Assembly (NCBI GenBank): GCA_043775355.1
Contig: JAYVSL010000007.1
Span: forward strand, 4,586 to 68,585
Origin: Planctomycetota bacterium
GTDB taxonomy: Bacteria > Planctomycetota > UBA11346
Direction of reading: 5' to 3'
Length of the DNA: 64,000 nt
The notes under the pieces were generated by a model. The model was not told the DNA's origin and did no database searches. It was given only the letters and a program-made list of their open reading frames with translations. The position numbers and the translations under genes are program-made. Numbering within the stretch: the stretch's first letter is position 1; every line of letters starts with the position of its first letter. This document shows, one piece after another, positions 19,801-28,458 of this stretch.

Positions 19801-20347
19801 TGGGCTCAATGTCTTCACTATCGATCCTGAAACCCAAACCATTTTACCAGCCGGAAGCGAAGGCCTGCTGGTGGTACAAAGCACGTCGCGCATGCGGGGA
19901 TATCTCGACCGTCCGGACCTCACCGAAAAAGCATTTGTCCACCACGGATATAACACTGGCGATGTCGGTCGCGTCGATGAAGACGGCTTCGTACACATCA
20001 CTGGCCGCATGGCTCGATTCGCAAAAATTGGCGGAGAAATGGTGCCGCTGGATCACGTCGAAGCCGCTGTATTCCAAGCCGTACTCACCATCGTCGGACA
20101 AGATGCCGCCATCGAAATCGCCGTCGCTTCCATCGCCGATGAGGCCCGAGGCGAACGCCTCATGATCTTACACACCGGTTTCACCGGCGATTGGGAAAAA
20201 CTTCTTGCCGACCTCGCCGAGCTACCGGCGTTATGGCGCCCACGCTCGCGTGATGTCCGCTTGGTCGAAGCCATCCCCAAACTTGGCACCGGCAAACGTG
20301 ATCTAGCAGGGCTGAAGAAGCTGGCAGCAGGAACGAGCAATCAATAA
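16826..20347 (+). CDS. triple fusion: LplT-like MFS transporter + PlsC-type acyltransferase + Aas-like acyl-AMP/acyl-ACP synthetase
   Basis: About 470 aa of polytopic MFS-like sequence come first. Then the acyltransferase motif VVCNHVSYSDG...FPEGKLT, then the AMP-binding motifs FSSGSTGDPKGV, GYGCTELG, TGDVG, FAKIGGEMV. The start ATG 16826 is preceded by AAAGGAG. Confidence 0.8.
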   Translation: MDACPMTLPPVSNQTSNLASSTTPRGLGGHLTACIVGAGIDNLFRQVALFLFSAVAYTQFPNNMDLAKQQSAAYGAWALILFSLPFVLLAPLAGSLGDRYPKHHIIRAARIADVPIATLGIWGFAISSPTLMLSALALLAIASSFFAPTKLAVIPELVPPERLAKANAIIAAATVIAILVGTCLAISTDANQIESVLKLLGLNFTPSATVWSLAIVSTILCTSGIIGAYRIPALKAQAPHTPIAMPWMVITQIRALNHNPGTWSAALALAGFWALGGAAFAGINTIADFTYKLSSAETIGLYLAIVLGMAVGSVIAPRLNTRAFPAGLPLMGALIAGSAFTLAGTTAAIHDQTLLMADRHAFIMVFWLFVTGIGCGLWEVPVTILLQERSLPSQRNLVMAAVTVLGSFGTFISAGICLGLTAAGLTTAMTFIVCGAFTLVTACALSWHYRKQCAGWFMALIVKIAYDVRVTGAENLPLSGGCLVVCNHVSYSDGIILASHLPRPGRFLVYRQYTQMPVVGLFLRAAGVIPVAAEDSRRALLASIDAAIEAAKAGEVVVIFPEGKLTHSGQMDTFRSGLERIASRANVPVVPAHLDGLWGTISSRSLTWAFPRLQRAVSLNIGAPLPSTTSAAEARAQVMALSYQSAQAQSDRNHRTLGGEVLSRMRRHPFRAAIRDVNGVLSYWKLVAVARILAGRLGLADDERCVGLLLPPGRGGAMANLALALMGRTAVNLNHTVGPVQLKRMCEMAGIRTIISATPYLRRIGDPGLSQRFVQLDVVMEKTSAFAVIMSACAAYGLPSRLLNRAKATDVAAIIFSSGSTGDPKGVELTHRQVLANISAVAQGLEVSGERDVLLSPLPLFHSFGLVPGFWLGMVLGMPSAAHPDPTDAKALGALAKVSGATFLISTPTFVRGYLRRIEPEQFKTLRFAVVGAERCPPDLKQQFRERYGAELLEGYGCTELGPTVTVNLLPIKRDGVTEIRSRDGAVGRPLPGLNVFTIDPETQTILPAGSEGLLVVQSTSRMRGYLDRPDLTEKAFVHHGYNTGDVGRVDEDGFVHITGRMARFAKIGGEMVPLDHVEAAVFQAVLTIVGQDAAIEIAVASIADEARGERLMILHTGFTGDWEKLLADLAELPALWRPRSRDVRLVEAIPKLGTGKRDLAGLKKLAAGTSNQ

Positions 20348-20466
20348 CGCGACCTGGCATCGTCTATCGCCGTCTTGAGCAATGTCGTATAGAGTAAAAC
20401 ACGATCCTGATGCTCTCATCCATGAATTGGGAACATCAGGATCTGCCCAAATGCTACATTATTGAA

Positions 20467-22437
20467 TCAGGCGAGCTTGGGCTCTAACGCCAATCCGGTG
20501 GGCGAACGTTCGGCTTCGGGGCGAGGGCCCTTGGCGTCGATTTCACTCTTGGTCACCATCACCGTCGGACGACGAGGCGGCAGATCTCCACCATCCATCA
20601 AGATTTTTACCTGGAGAACGTCGAGCGTTTCGTGTTCCAACAATGCTTGAGCAATGCGCTCGACCTTATCGCGGTTAGCGATAATGAGGTTTTTCGCGAG
20701 TTGATATTGAGCATCGATGATGCCACGGACTTCTTCGTCCAATTCGCGGCGGGTTTGATTGCCGACCGAAACCGCCGAATCTGAACCAAGAATACTTTCG
20801 CGCTCTTCGGTATATTTCAGTGGCCCCATTTTCTCTGACATGCCCCATTCGTAGACCATGCCACGAGCCAATTGCGTGGCTCGTTCGATGTCATTCGACG
20901 CGCCGGTGGTGATGTCACCGCAGAACATTTCTTCAGCGATTCGTCCGCCGAAGAGAATCGAAATATCACAGAGTAATTTACGACGACCGTGCGTGTGCCG
21001 GTCTTCTGACGGCAGATGCATGGTTGAACCCAGCGAACGCCCACGAGGAATAATGGTGACCTTGTGCAGATCGTCTTTTTCTTCGACGATCATTTGCAGA
21101 AGAGCGTGGCCTGCTTCGTGATAAGCGGTAATCTTGCGTTCTTTTTCCGGCATCGCCCGTGAACCGGTTTTCTTTTCGCGGCCAAAAGCGACGCGATCGC
21201 GTGCGTATTCTAAATCTTTTTGCTGAATCACGTCTTGATCGTAACGCGCTGCATTGAGCGCCGATTCATTGATCAAAGATTCCAAATCAGCGCCGCTAAA
21301 GCCTGGGGTACCACGAGCAATGATCGATAAGTTGCTGTCGCCGCCGATTTTGACCTTCCCGGCGTGAACCTGCAGAATCTGTTCACGTCCAGCGATGTCT
21401 GGTAAACTCACCGAGATATGGCGATCAAAACGTCCTGGGCGTAAGAGGGCAGGGTCGAGCACGTCGACGCGATTGGTTGCCGCAATGATAATGACCTTGT
21501 CGGTCGAGCTGAAACCATCCATCTCGACCAAAATCGCATTGAGGGTCTGTTCGCGTTCGTCGTGTCCGCCCGAATTCATGCCGTTGCTGCGTTTACGACC
21601 AACAGCATCGATTTCATCGATGAAAATGATGCACGGTGCATTTTCCTTTGCTTGGCTGAAAAGATCACGCACACGACTAGCACCAACGCCAACGAACATC
21701 TCGACGAAATCAGAGCCGCTAATGGAATAAAACGGCACGTCGGCTTCACCAGCAATGGCTTTGGCCAGCAAGGTTTTGCCGGTGCCTGGAGGGCCAACCA
21801 GCAACACACCGCGTGGAATTCGGCCGCCGAGTTTTTGAAACTTTTTTGGATTCTTTAAGAACGCGACGAGTTCCTCGACTTCTTCTTTGGCTTCATCGAT
21901 GCCGGCAACGTCCTTAAAGGTCTTTCCGGTTTTACCCTTGGTGATGAGTTGCGCGCGGCTTTTGCCGAATGACAGCACGCCTCCGCCTTGTCCCATGCGG
22001 CGCAAAACAAAGAAGTAAAACAGGCCAAAAAAGAGCCCGATCATCATGAGCGTGGGCATTAACTGAACAAAGGCACTTGTTGGTTCAGGGCCTTCACGCT
22101 CAATCTTAAGAAGTGGATTATTTTTGTTATACTCATCAATTCTATCCGACAATTCTTTGTGCCCAACATCACCCAAGCGACCATTCAAATAATTGACATA
22201 GTATTCATTTCCGCCGCCCTTCTTGGTCGCCGTCACCTTTACTGATTCCTGCCCAACATTGATTTTAGCCACCTCGCCTTGGTCAATTTTTTCCAAGAAG
22301 GCGCTCCATTTCACCGGCGACGGACTCACAATTTTCTGCCACAGCATGAGCGTGATGATCATAACTGCCATCAGCGACATCATGATTAACAGAAGTCCGC
22401 GCGGTTTTTGCGGTGGAGTCGGAGTGTGGTCAGCCAT
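20467..22437 (-). CDS. ftsH: ATP-dependent zinc metalloprotease FtsH
   Basis: Walker [17 protein letters not shown] region and zinc site HEAGHAL are present, with an N-terminal TM pair. Confidence 0.95.
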   Translation of the reverse strand: MADHTPTPPQKPRGLLLIMMSLMAVMIITLMLWQKIVSPSPVKWSAFLEKIDQGEVAKINVGQESVKVTATKKGGGNEYYVNYLNGRLGDVGHKELSDRIDEYNKNNPLLKIEREGPEPTSAFVQLMPTLMMIGLFFGLFYFFVLRRMGQGGGVLSFGKSRAQLITKGKTGKTFKDVAGIDEAKEEVEELVAFLKNPKKFQKLGGRIPRGVLLVGPPGTGKTLLAKAIAGEADVPFYSISGSDFVEMFVGVGASRVRDLFSQAKENAPCIIFIDEIDAVGRKRSNGMNSGGHDEREQTLNAILVEMDGFSSTDKVIIIAATNRVDVLDPALLRPGRFDRHISVSLPDIAGREQILQVHAGKVKIGGDSNLSIIARGTPGFSGADLESLINESALNAARYDQDVIQQKDLEYARDRVAFGREKKTGSRAMPEKERKITAYHEAGHALLQMIVEEKDDLHKVTIIPRGRSLGSTMHLPSEDRHTHGRRKLLCDISILFGGRIAEEMFCGDITTGASNDIERATQLARGMVYEWGMSEKMGPLKYTEERESILGSDSAVSVGNQTRRELDEEVRGIIDAQYQLAKNLIIANRDKVERIAQALLEHETLDVLQVKILMDGGDLPPRRPTVMVTKSEIDAKGPRPEAERSPTGLALEPKLA

Positions 22438-22595
22438 GAGGATTCCTTATTCGTCAAATCAAAGCCAAGATGCGGTGCATCCGGCGGGTGCTGTCTTAGG
22501 TCTAGACGTCATTCGTTCTAGCGTTCTTTCCGCTTACTTCAGCAGCTTACCACAAATCCGCTGATCAATGGTAAGGAACGTGATGATGATCACGG

Positions 22596-23903
22596 CTACG
22601 AGCGGCGACGTCGGGGTACTGGACGCAGGCGTCCAGACGGTGTGCTCTTTTGCACATCCACATTCTGCTGGTCATCCGACTGCGTGAAGTTTTCACGAAG
22701 TAGCTCATCGGTCGAAAGTCCATCAAGAGTAGCGAATGCGCGATCCTGCATGGCTTTTTGATCTGGACGAGCCGTTGGCGAAGATTGAGCGTGAAGCTGA
22801 GGATCAGAGCCTAGGCCAAGCCCGCGACGTAATGCCGCAATTTCGGCATCCAACAACACCATACGTTGCCGTTGAGCACGCCAGCGTCCGAGATCGGCCG
22901 GAGAAAGATCATTCGCACTCACCGTCACCGTGCCGCCAGCAAGCAAGGTTGCGACGGCTTTTTCTGGCAGACCCAAGCTGCCGCCAGCGCCCAAGGCATG
23001 ACGACCGGCTTCTGCTAACAATGTCGCACGTGCCGCTTCCAGTTCGGTAAAACGCTGATGACGCTCATCACGGCGACCAAACGCTTTGCTCACCATCTTC
23101 AATAAACCCTGCTTTTGGGCAGGTTCTACCACCGTTAGGCGAGACGCACTCATACGGCGCGATTGGCGTTGGCGGTCGGAATCGCTGGATGCGGTTTCTC
23201 CCGTCGATTTTTCTGCTGTGGGTGCTAGCAATTCGACGGTCGAATCACCACCTAAATCCGGAACGCCAAGCGCCATCTGAGACGACGATACTCGTGGATC
23301 GTTTTGCGTCGGCACTGCGTCTTGCAGGTCGGCCAGCGTCACTGATCCATTTGTCGGAGTTGGATCTGAAAGCGGCATGGTAAATGGACGTGGCAGATGA
23401 TCCGGTTTTACACCTTTGGCCAAACAGCGCGCGCAGATTGAGCGATCACCGTCGCTCCATGAGTTTTTGTGGGCAGTAACGACAATCTGCGCATCGCATA
23501 CCGCGCACAGCGATGGGACCTCAAGCGCTTGAGCGACGTCATTCGCAGCAGGAGCTGTTGGCACTACCGGCGACAATGAATCGGTGGCGTGATCGTCATG
23601 TTCATCCGTCGAATGAATTTCGGTCGTGCGCGGCTCGGGTTGAATCACGACCGCAAAGCGATCCTTGCCAATTTCAAGGTCATCGCCGTTCACCAATGTC
23701 GCATTTTGTTGTTCCAAACCATTGATGCGGCAATGCATGCGCGAACCATTGTCGAGTTGATAACTACCATTCGCGAAACCAATTTTGACTTCGCCTGCGT
23801 CGTGATTGGTGGTTTTCGTGCGAATAACAAACGGCTTCTCACGAGTAACCGTCAAGCGACGGCCCTCAACAGCACGTGATCGTCCATCAAGATAAAGCGG
23901 CAT
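22596..23903 (-). CDS. hypothetical protein with FHA-like N-terminus and a CxxC...CxxC zinc-ribbon-like element
   Basis: I take the start at MPLYLDGRS (cat 23901-23903) because the longer ORF would overlap mutM. The FHA-like stretch is IGFANGSYQLDNGSRMHCRINGLEQQNATLVNGDDLEIGKDRF. The Cys pairs are CAVCDAQ...CARCLAKG. The C-terminus is disordered or helical. Confidence 0.5.
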   Translation of the reverse strand: MPLYLDGRSRAVEGRRLTVTREKPFVIRTKTTNHDAGEVKIGFANGSYQLDNGSRMHCRINGLEQQNATLVNGDDLEIGKDRFAVVIQPEPRTTEIHSTDEHDDHATDSLSPVVPTAPAANDVAQALEVPSLCAVCDAQIVVTAHKNSWSDGDRSICARCLAKGVKPDHLPRPFTMPLSDPTPTNGSVTLADLQDAVPTQNDPRVSSSQMALGVPDLGGDSTVELLAPTAEKSTGETASSDSDRQRQSRRMSASRLTVVEPAQKQGLLKMVSKAFGRRDERHQRFTELEAARATLLAEAGRHALGAGGSLGLPEKAVATLLAGGTVTVSANDLSPADLGRWRAQRQRMVLLDAEIAALRRGLGLGSDPQLHAQSSPTARPDQKAMQDRAFATLDGLSTDELLRENFTQSDDQQNVDVQKSTPSGRLRPVPRRRRS

Positions 23904-24003
23904 GGGCGCAGACCGTAAAGACGGTCCAACGAACGACCAGTGCCCAACTGCCTCTTCACGCTCCCCCTTGACGAACACCTGTTCATCGCGCACGGGTGAG
24001 GTT

Positions 24004-24825
24004 ATGCCTGAACTGCCTGAAGTCGAAACCGTCCGAGCTGGTCTCAACCGCTTGCTCGGGACCAACGCGGTCATCGCCCAGGTCGAACTGTTACGCGCTG
24101 ATCTACGCGCGCCGATCCCGCCGCAGATTATTCCACGACTGCGCCTCGCAAAGATTACTGGCGTGCGCAGACGGGCGAAGTACCTGCTATTTGACACCTC
24201 TGGTGGCATCCTGTTGAGCCATTTGGGAATGACTGGCACGTGGCGCTTAGCGCCGGCGGGGGAGGAGCGCTTGCACGATCATTGCTACCTTCACCTGCGC
24301 GATGGACGGCGGCTGGCTTTTCGCGACCCGCGACGTTTCGGCCTGCTTGATCTGATTGAACCTGGGGCGGAATCGACTCACCCACGATTAGCCGATTTGG
24401 GACCGGAGCCGCTTGATGCTTCTACATTCACCGCCGACTACCTCATCGCATGCTGTGGCGGTCGCCGACAGGCAATCAAACCGGTTATTATGGACCAGCA
24501 AATCGTCGTCGGCGTAGGTAATATTTACGCGCAAGAAGCGCTCTTTCGCGCTGGAATTCACCCATCGCGAGCGGCAGGTCGCTTGACCAAGCGCGCCGCC
24601 GAAATTTTAATCCAGCACATCCGCACCGTCCTGCACGAAGCTCTTGTTGCCGGTGGTTCAACCATCAGTGATTTTCGTCAAGCTGGAGGCGACGGCGGAT
24701 ATTTTCAGCATAATTTTCAGGTCTACGATCGTGCTGGTCAGCCTTGTCAAATCTGCAAAACGAAACTATCCAGCGCGGTCATCGGCGGGCGCGGCACGAC
24801 TTGGTGCCGACGCTGCCAACCGTGA
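24004..24825 (+). CDS. mutM: formamidopyrimidine-DNA glycosylase
   Basis: MPELPEVETVRAGL N-terminus (catalytic Pro2), the H2TH region, and the C-terminal zinc finger CQICKTKL...WCRRCQ. Confidence 0.9.
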   Translation: MPELPEVETVRAGLNRLLGTNAVIAQVELLRADLRAPIPPQIIPRLRLAKITGVRRRAKYLLFDTSGGILLSHLGMTGTWRLAPAGEERLHDHCYLHLRDGRRLAFRDPRRFGLLDLIEPGAESTHPRLADLGPEPLDASTFTADYLIACCGGRRQAIKPVIMDQQIVVGVGNIYAQEALFRAGIHPSRAAGRLTKRAAEILIQHIRTVLHEALVAGGSTISDFRQAGGDGGYFQHNFQVYDRAGQPCQICKTKLSSAVIGGRGTTWCRRCQP

Positions 24826-24956
24826 CCAAGACCCGGAAAAATCCTGCTATTTTTCGCTAAATTCATTGGTTTTGACGCTTAGGCACGGTTTTGACCGGGC
24901 ACTCTTGACTCAGCATGAGTGGGCGACAGTATCCCGCCCCGTCAACGGAGCCGTTT

Positions 24957-25139
24957 ATGCATTTGAAGATTCGCGTCAGTTCTACCAAGCGTCGTCGCAT
25001 GAACGGCTTTCGCCGTCGTATGAAGACCAAGGCCGGTCGCATTATCATGAACCGCCAACGCCGTCTCGCGAGCGGTAAGCCTAAGCACAACCGCAGCCTC
25101 GCCTCCAAGGGCAAAGGCAAGAAGGTCGCTCCGGAATAA
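24957..25139 (+). CDS. rpmH: 50S ribosomal protein L34 with a basic C-terminal extension
   Basis: MHLKIRVSSTKRRRMNGFRRRMKTKAGRIIMNRQRR matches the L34 core. ATG 24957 is preceded by ACGGAG. About 15 extra residues follow (...SKGKGKKVAPE). Confidence 0.85.
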   Translation: MHLKIRVSSTKRRRMNGFRRRMKTKAGRIIMNRQRRLASGKPKHNRSLASKGKGKKVAPE

Positions 25140-25186
25140 ATTCTCTCAGGTCGCCATGGCCTGAGTCAATCCGTGATGAATCTGCT

Positions 25187-25216
25187 GCACCCTCGCCCAA
25201 ACAGCGAGGGTGCTTC
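25187..25216 (+). terminator. candidate terminator after rpmH
   Basis: The hairpin is gcaccctcgc-ccaaaca-gcgagggtgc followed by ttcgtg, a weak U-tract. Confidence 0.4.
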
Positions 25217-25350
25217 GTGCCTAGAGTTTCGTCAGAGCCATGTGATTTCGAAGAGAGACCACCGGCTCCTGGCTACAGATCACCGGTTTTATACATAACG
25301 TCGCAGCACGATCCGATGGTTTGTAGCCAGGAGTTTGTAGCCGCCGTTTA

Positions 25351-25410
25351 TCAGCTACTGTCAGCTGATGTCAGCTGACATCAGCTACTGTCAGCTGACA
25401 TCAGCTACAG
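25351..25410. repeat. six tandem 10-bp units (tcagctactg / tcagctgatg / tcagctgaca), rich in nested palindromes
   Basis: Read directly: tcagctactg tcagctgatg tcagctgaca tcagctactg tcagctgaca tcagctacag. It contains the 16-bp perfect palindrome gatgtcagctgacatc. The pth stop codon lies in the last unit. Confidence 0.9.
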
Positions 25411-26043
25411 TGAGGATGGCGGCAAATTTATCGCTGGATTGCGCTTCGCCGTCGTCACCGCCGGGACAATTTTAGGCTGGGTCGGCCCATTAAATCGACA
25501 GGCAACCGTCACGCCTTCCTTCAACCAGGCTTCCACGCAATCCGCGGCAGCATTGATCATCACGCTCACCTCGTTTTGTTCAGCTGCGGTAAAACGCCCC
25601 AGCACATGGTCAACCTGATCCTGCGCAGGACTGCCAATGCCGACGCGCAGACGCGGGTACGCTTTGCCGATGCGTGCCTCGATATCTTTAAGGCCATTGT
25701 GGCCACCAGCAGATCCCTCTGCTCGCAGTCGTAGATGTCCGAGTGGTAAATTGATGTCATCAACCACCACCAACAAATCGGTCGGAGCCAACTTGTGGAA
25801 CGCCAACGCCGCTTGGCCCGATTCGCCACTTAAATTAACAAAGGTCTGTGGCTTGAGCAGCAATGCCCGATCGGCGCCAAGGCTTTCCGGCAAGCGCCAA
25901 TCGCACACTTTGGCATTCCAGCGTTTCGACCACCCCTCCAAACGATGACGACGTGCGAGAACATCCAATACCATAAACCCGCAATTATGCCGGGTTTGAT
26001 CGTAATTAGGACCAGGATTGCCGATGCCAAGGACCACACGCAT
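25405..26043 (-). CDS. pth: peptidyl-tRNA hydrolase
   Basis: MRVVLGIGNPGPNYDQTRHNCGFMVLD...VVDDINLPLGHLRLR..GSAGGHNGLK is typical Pth. Confidence 0.95.
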   Translation of the reverse strand: MRVVLGIGNPGPNYDQTRHNCGFMVLDVLARRHRLEGWSKRWNAKVCDWRLPESLGADRALLLKPQTFVNLSGESGQAALAFHKLAPTDLLVVVDDINLPLGHLRLRAEGSAGGHNGLKDIEARIGKAYPRLRVGIGSPAQDQVDHVLGRFTAAEQNEVSVMINAAADCVEAWLKEGVTVACRFNGPTQPKIVPAVTTAKRNPAINLPPSSL

Positions 26044-26221
26044 GGGCGCATCGTGTGGCAGCGGCGCGGTTGATAAAGCCGCCGATTTTCTGGCGGAGCG
26101 AAACCATCGGGCCGTGTGCGCAACGAATGCGTTGACGTGCTTCGCCAGGCCACCACGCCAAACTTCAACGGCTCGTCAATCACTCCGTATTTTTTTGTTC
26201 ACTGGCAGCCTGTTACATTTC

Positions 26222-26312
26222 ATTTTCATTTCACACTTCGCCCGCTTTTACTCATTCATCCCGCTCCTCTTCCTGCTCACTCTTCCCGCTCACTCATCCC
26301 GCTCCTCCTTTT
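26222..26312. other. about 90-nt polypyrimidine (+ strand) leader with three copies of the motif tcwtcccgctc
   Basis: Read directly. I count only about 6 G in roughly 91 nt. The copies are tcatcccgctcctc, tcttcccgctcactc and tcatcccgctcctc, immediately upstream of the thioredoxin-like gene. Confidence 0.7.
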
Positions 26313-26323
26313 AGGAACTCACC

Positions 26324-27346
26324 ATGCGCTTCCTCTCTCTCGCTGCCGCTCTTCTCGCTTTCACCACCGGCATCAGCGCTCCGCTGATGGCACTGGACAT
26401 TGGCGATAAGGCCCCCTCCCTCGAAAAAATAAGCTGGGTGAAAGGCAAGGCCGTCAACACCGGATCCGTCGTCACCATCGTCGAATTCTGGGCCACGTGG
26501 TGCGGTCCCTGTATTCGTGGCATTCCGCATCTGACTGAATTGCAGAAAAAATATGGCAATCAAGTCAACATCGTCGGCCTGAGTAATGAAGAAGACGAAG
26601 AAAAGGTTAAGTCATTTGTGGTGAAGATGGGTGCCGAAATGGATTATCACGTCGGAGTGGCGGACAAAGCAAGTTATCAAGCTTACATGGAAGCCATTGA
26701 TCACATTCCCCATGCTTTTATCGTCGACGCGAAGGGCATTGTGGTATGGCAAGGTGCGCCAACGACGATTGATAAATCCTTGAGCGAAGTCGTTAGTGGT
26801 ACCTTCGACCCGGCCAACTTTGCCCTCATTGAAGAGACTGAGAAAAAGATTCACATGCTCTTGGATGTTCAAAATCCGGATATTGTCGGCGCTCTGAAGA
26901 CCATCGACGAGCTATACGCCCTTGATCCCGCCAATGAATTCGCCGTTTCGATAAGCCTGAAAATTGGAAATCTCGATAAACGCCCCAAACTGATTCACGA
27001 TACCTTAACGCGATTGACCAAGGTTGATGTCCCGGTGGAGTTCACCAACAGCTTGGTTTCTGAGCGCGCCGTCGATGTCGACTTGTCTAGCCGAAATATG
27101 GATGTGCTGTTTGCTTTGATTAATCGCGCGCTGAAATTAGAGCCAAACAATGCTAAGCTGGTTAAAACTAAAGCGAGTTTACTCGCCGCGATTGGCCTGC
27201 TGGATCAGGCCATTGCCCTTCTACATGAAGCCGCGAAAAAAAATCCAGATGAGGTAAGTCTCGCTGAATCCGTGGCATATTACCAGTCAGCCAAGAAACT
27301 CGGCGCCACCTTGAGCAACGCCGCAACTGCGACCACTACTCCTTAA
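26324..27346 (+). CDS. secreted thioredoxin-fold (TlpA/redoxin-like) protein with a helical-repeat C-terminus
   Basis: Signal peptide MRFLSLAAALLAFTTGISAPLMA, CxxC active site WATWCGPC, and a TPR-like helical C-terminal half. Confidence 0.8.
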   Translation: MRFLSLAAALLAFTTGISAPLMALDIGDKAPSLEKISWVKGKAVNTGSVVTIVEFWATWCGPCIRGIPHLTELQKKYGNQVNIVGLSNEEDEEKVKSFVVKMGAEMDYHVGVADKASYQAYMEAIDHIPHAFIVDAKGIVVWQGAPTTIDKSLSEVVSGTFDPANFALIEETEKKIHMLLDVQNPDIVGALKTIDELYALDPANEFAVSISLKIGNLDKRPKLIHDTLTRLTKVDVPVEFTNSLVSERAVDVDLSSRNMDVLFALINRALKLEPNNAKLVKTKASLLAAIGLLDQAIALLHEAAKKNPDEVSLAESVAYYQSAKKLGATLSNAATATTTP

Positions 27347-27351
27347 ACGCT

Positions 27352-28317
27352 TTATTTAGTTGGCCGTGGAATCAGCCCTGAGCTGGTCCACGGCACGAAA
27401 TCTGCCGGAATTGGTGACTGTAGTTTCAGTCGTCCGCCATCCGGATGCGGCACGTCGAGCGTCCAAGCGTGCAGCGCTTGGCGCTGAAGAACGGGCCGTC
27501 CCTCAATTGGGATAAGTGGCCAGGTTCCGCTGCGACCGTACGTTGCATCAGCCAATACTGCGTGACCGAGCGCCGCCAGATGTACGCGCACTTGATGCGT
27601 GCGTCCGGTCTTCGGACGGGCTTCGACGACGCTGTAACCGTTTCGCCGTTCGTGCACCACCACACTGGTGTACGCTTCCTTGGCACCTTCGGCGTTATCT
27701 GGTAACACCGTACGTTTGCGAAAATCTTTCGCGTGACGACCAAGCCATCCGGCGTGTTCCAAGAAGTCTGCACGCGGGCGTCCGGCGACTAATGCCAGGT
27801 AGCGCTTGTTGACCTCACGTGCTTTAAATGCGTCCTGCAAAAACGTCAGCGCTGCCATCGTGCGCGCAACCAACATCACGCCGCTGGTGTACTGATCGAG
27901 GCGATGAACGATTCCTGGACGCCACACTTCAGTGCCGCCTTCAGCGGTTGGTAAGTGCGAGCCATAACGTCCCAGCAGCGCATTCACCAGCGTTCCACGC
28001 GAATGACCGATCGCTGGATGAACTACCATTCCTGGCGCTTTATCGATCGCGATGAGATGTTTGTCCTCATGCAAAATCGTCAGCGGAATATTTTCCGGCA
28101 GCGCTTCCATCGGTTCGAGTTCGGGCACTTCCAACGCCACACGCTCGCCGCCCTTCAGAAATAAACCGGCTTTCGACACGCCCGGTTCAATCACGCAGCG
28201 GCCATCTTTAATCAGGCGCGAAATCAAACTGCGAGTACATCCATCAAGGACAGATTCTAGCCACACGTCCAATCGTTGGCCGGCAGCCTGCGAAGGCACG
28301 GTGAGCTGATGCAACAT
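27352..28317 (-). CDS. RluA/RluD-family 23S rRNA pseudouridine synthase
   Basis: An S4-like N-terminus is followed by the catalytic motif HRLDQYTSGVMLVA and then HQVRVHLA. Confidence 0.85.
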   Translation of the reverse strand: MLHQLTVPSQAAGQRLDVWLESVLDGCTRSLISRLIKDGRCVIEPGVSKAGLFLKGGERVALEVPELEPMEALPENIPLTILHEDKHLIAIDKAPGMVVHPAIGHSRGTLVNALLGRYGSHLPTAEGGTEVWRPGIVHRLDQYTSGVMLVARTMAALTFLQDAFKAREVNKRYLALVAGRPRADFLEHAGWLGRHAKDFRKRTVLPDNAEGAKEAYTSVVVHERRNGYSVVEARPKTGRTHQVRVHLAALGHAVLADATYGRSGTWPLIPIEGRPVLQRQALHAWTLDVPHPDGGRLKLQSPIPADFVPWTSSGLIPRPTK

Positions 28318-28458
28318 GAGAGACTCCTGCGGGGGCGTGGTTATGGATCGTCGCCAGCCGCTGCAAGTCCACTGCCGACGACGTTCTCCCTCTTGAGGCG
28401 CTCCTCACTCGTGGCAGGGTCGCCATGGTCTTTTGACGCACGCTAAGGAGCAGCAGTC

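Noticed and set aside
20403-20443. A 10-bp inverted repeat (gatcctgatg ... catcaggatc) between the convergent aas-fusion and ftsH genes, considered as a terminator.
   Set aside because: The loop is 21 nt and there is no U-tract on either side. It may be a structural element but is not a supportable intrinsic terminator.
23902-24003. The upstream extension of mutM (track ORF starts at 23902), and the 24239 start of the opposite-strand ORF.
   Set aside because: Fpg/MutM uses the N-terminal Pro after Met removal as its nucleophile, so translation must start at MPELPEV (ATG 24004). The two long versions would overlap each other by more than 300 nt. The shorter starts (23903 and 24004) leave a clean 100-nt divergent promoter region.
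25351-25410. The tandem repeat arrays (also 31551-31620 and 54788-54828) as CRISPR arrays.
   Set aside because: The units are only 7-10 bp, directly abutting with no spacers, and no cas genes are present. They are microsatellite-type or phased repeats, not CRISPR.
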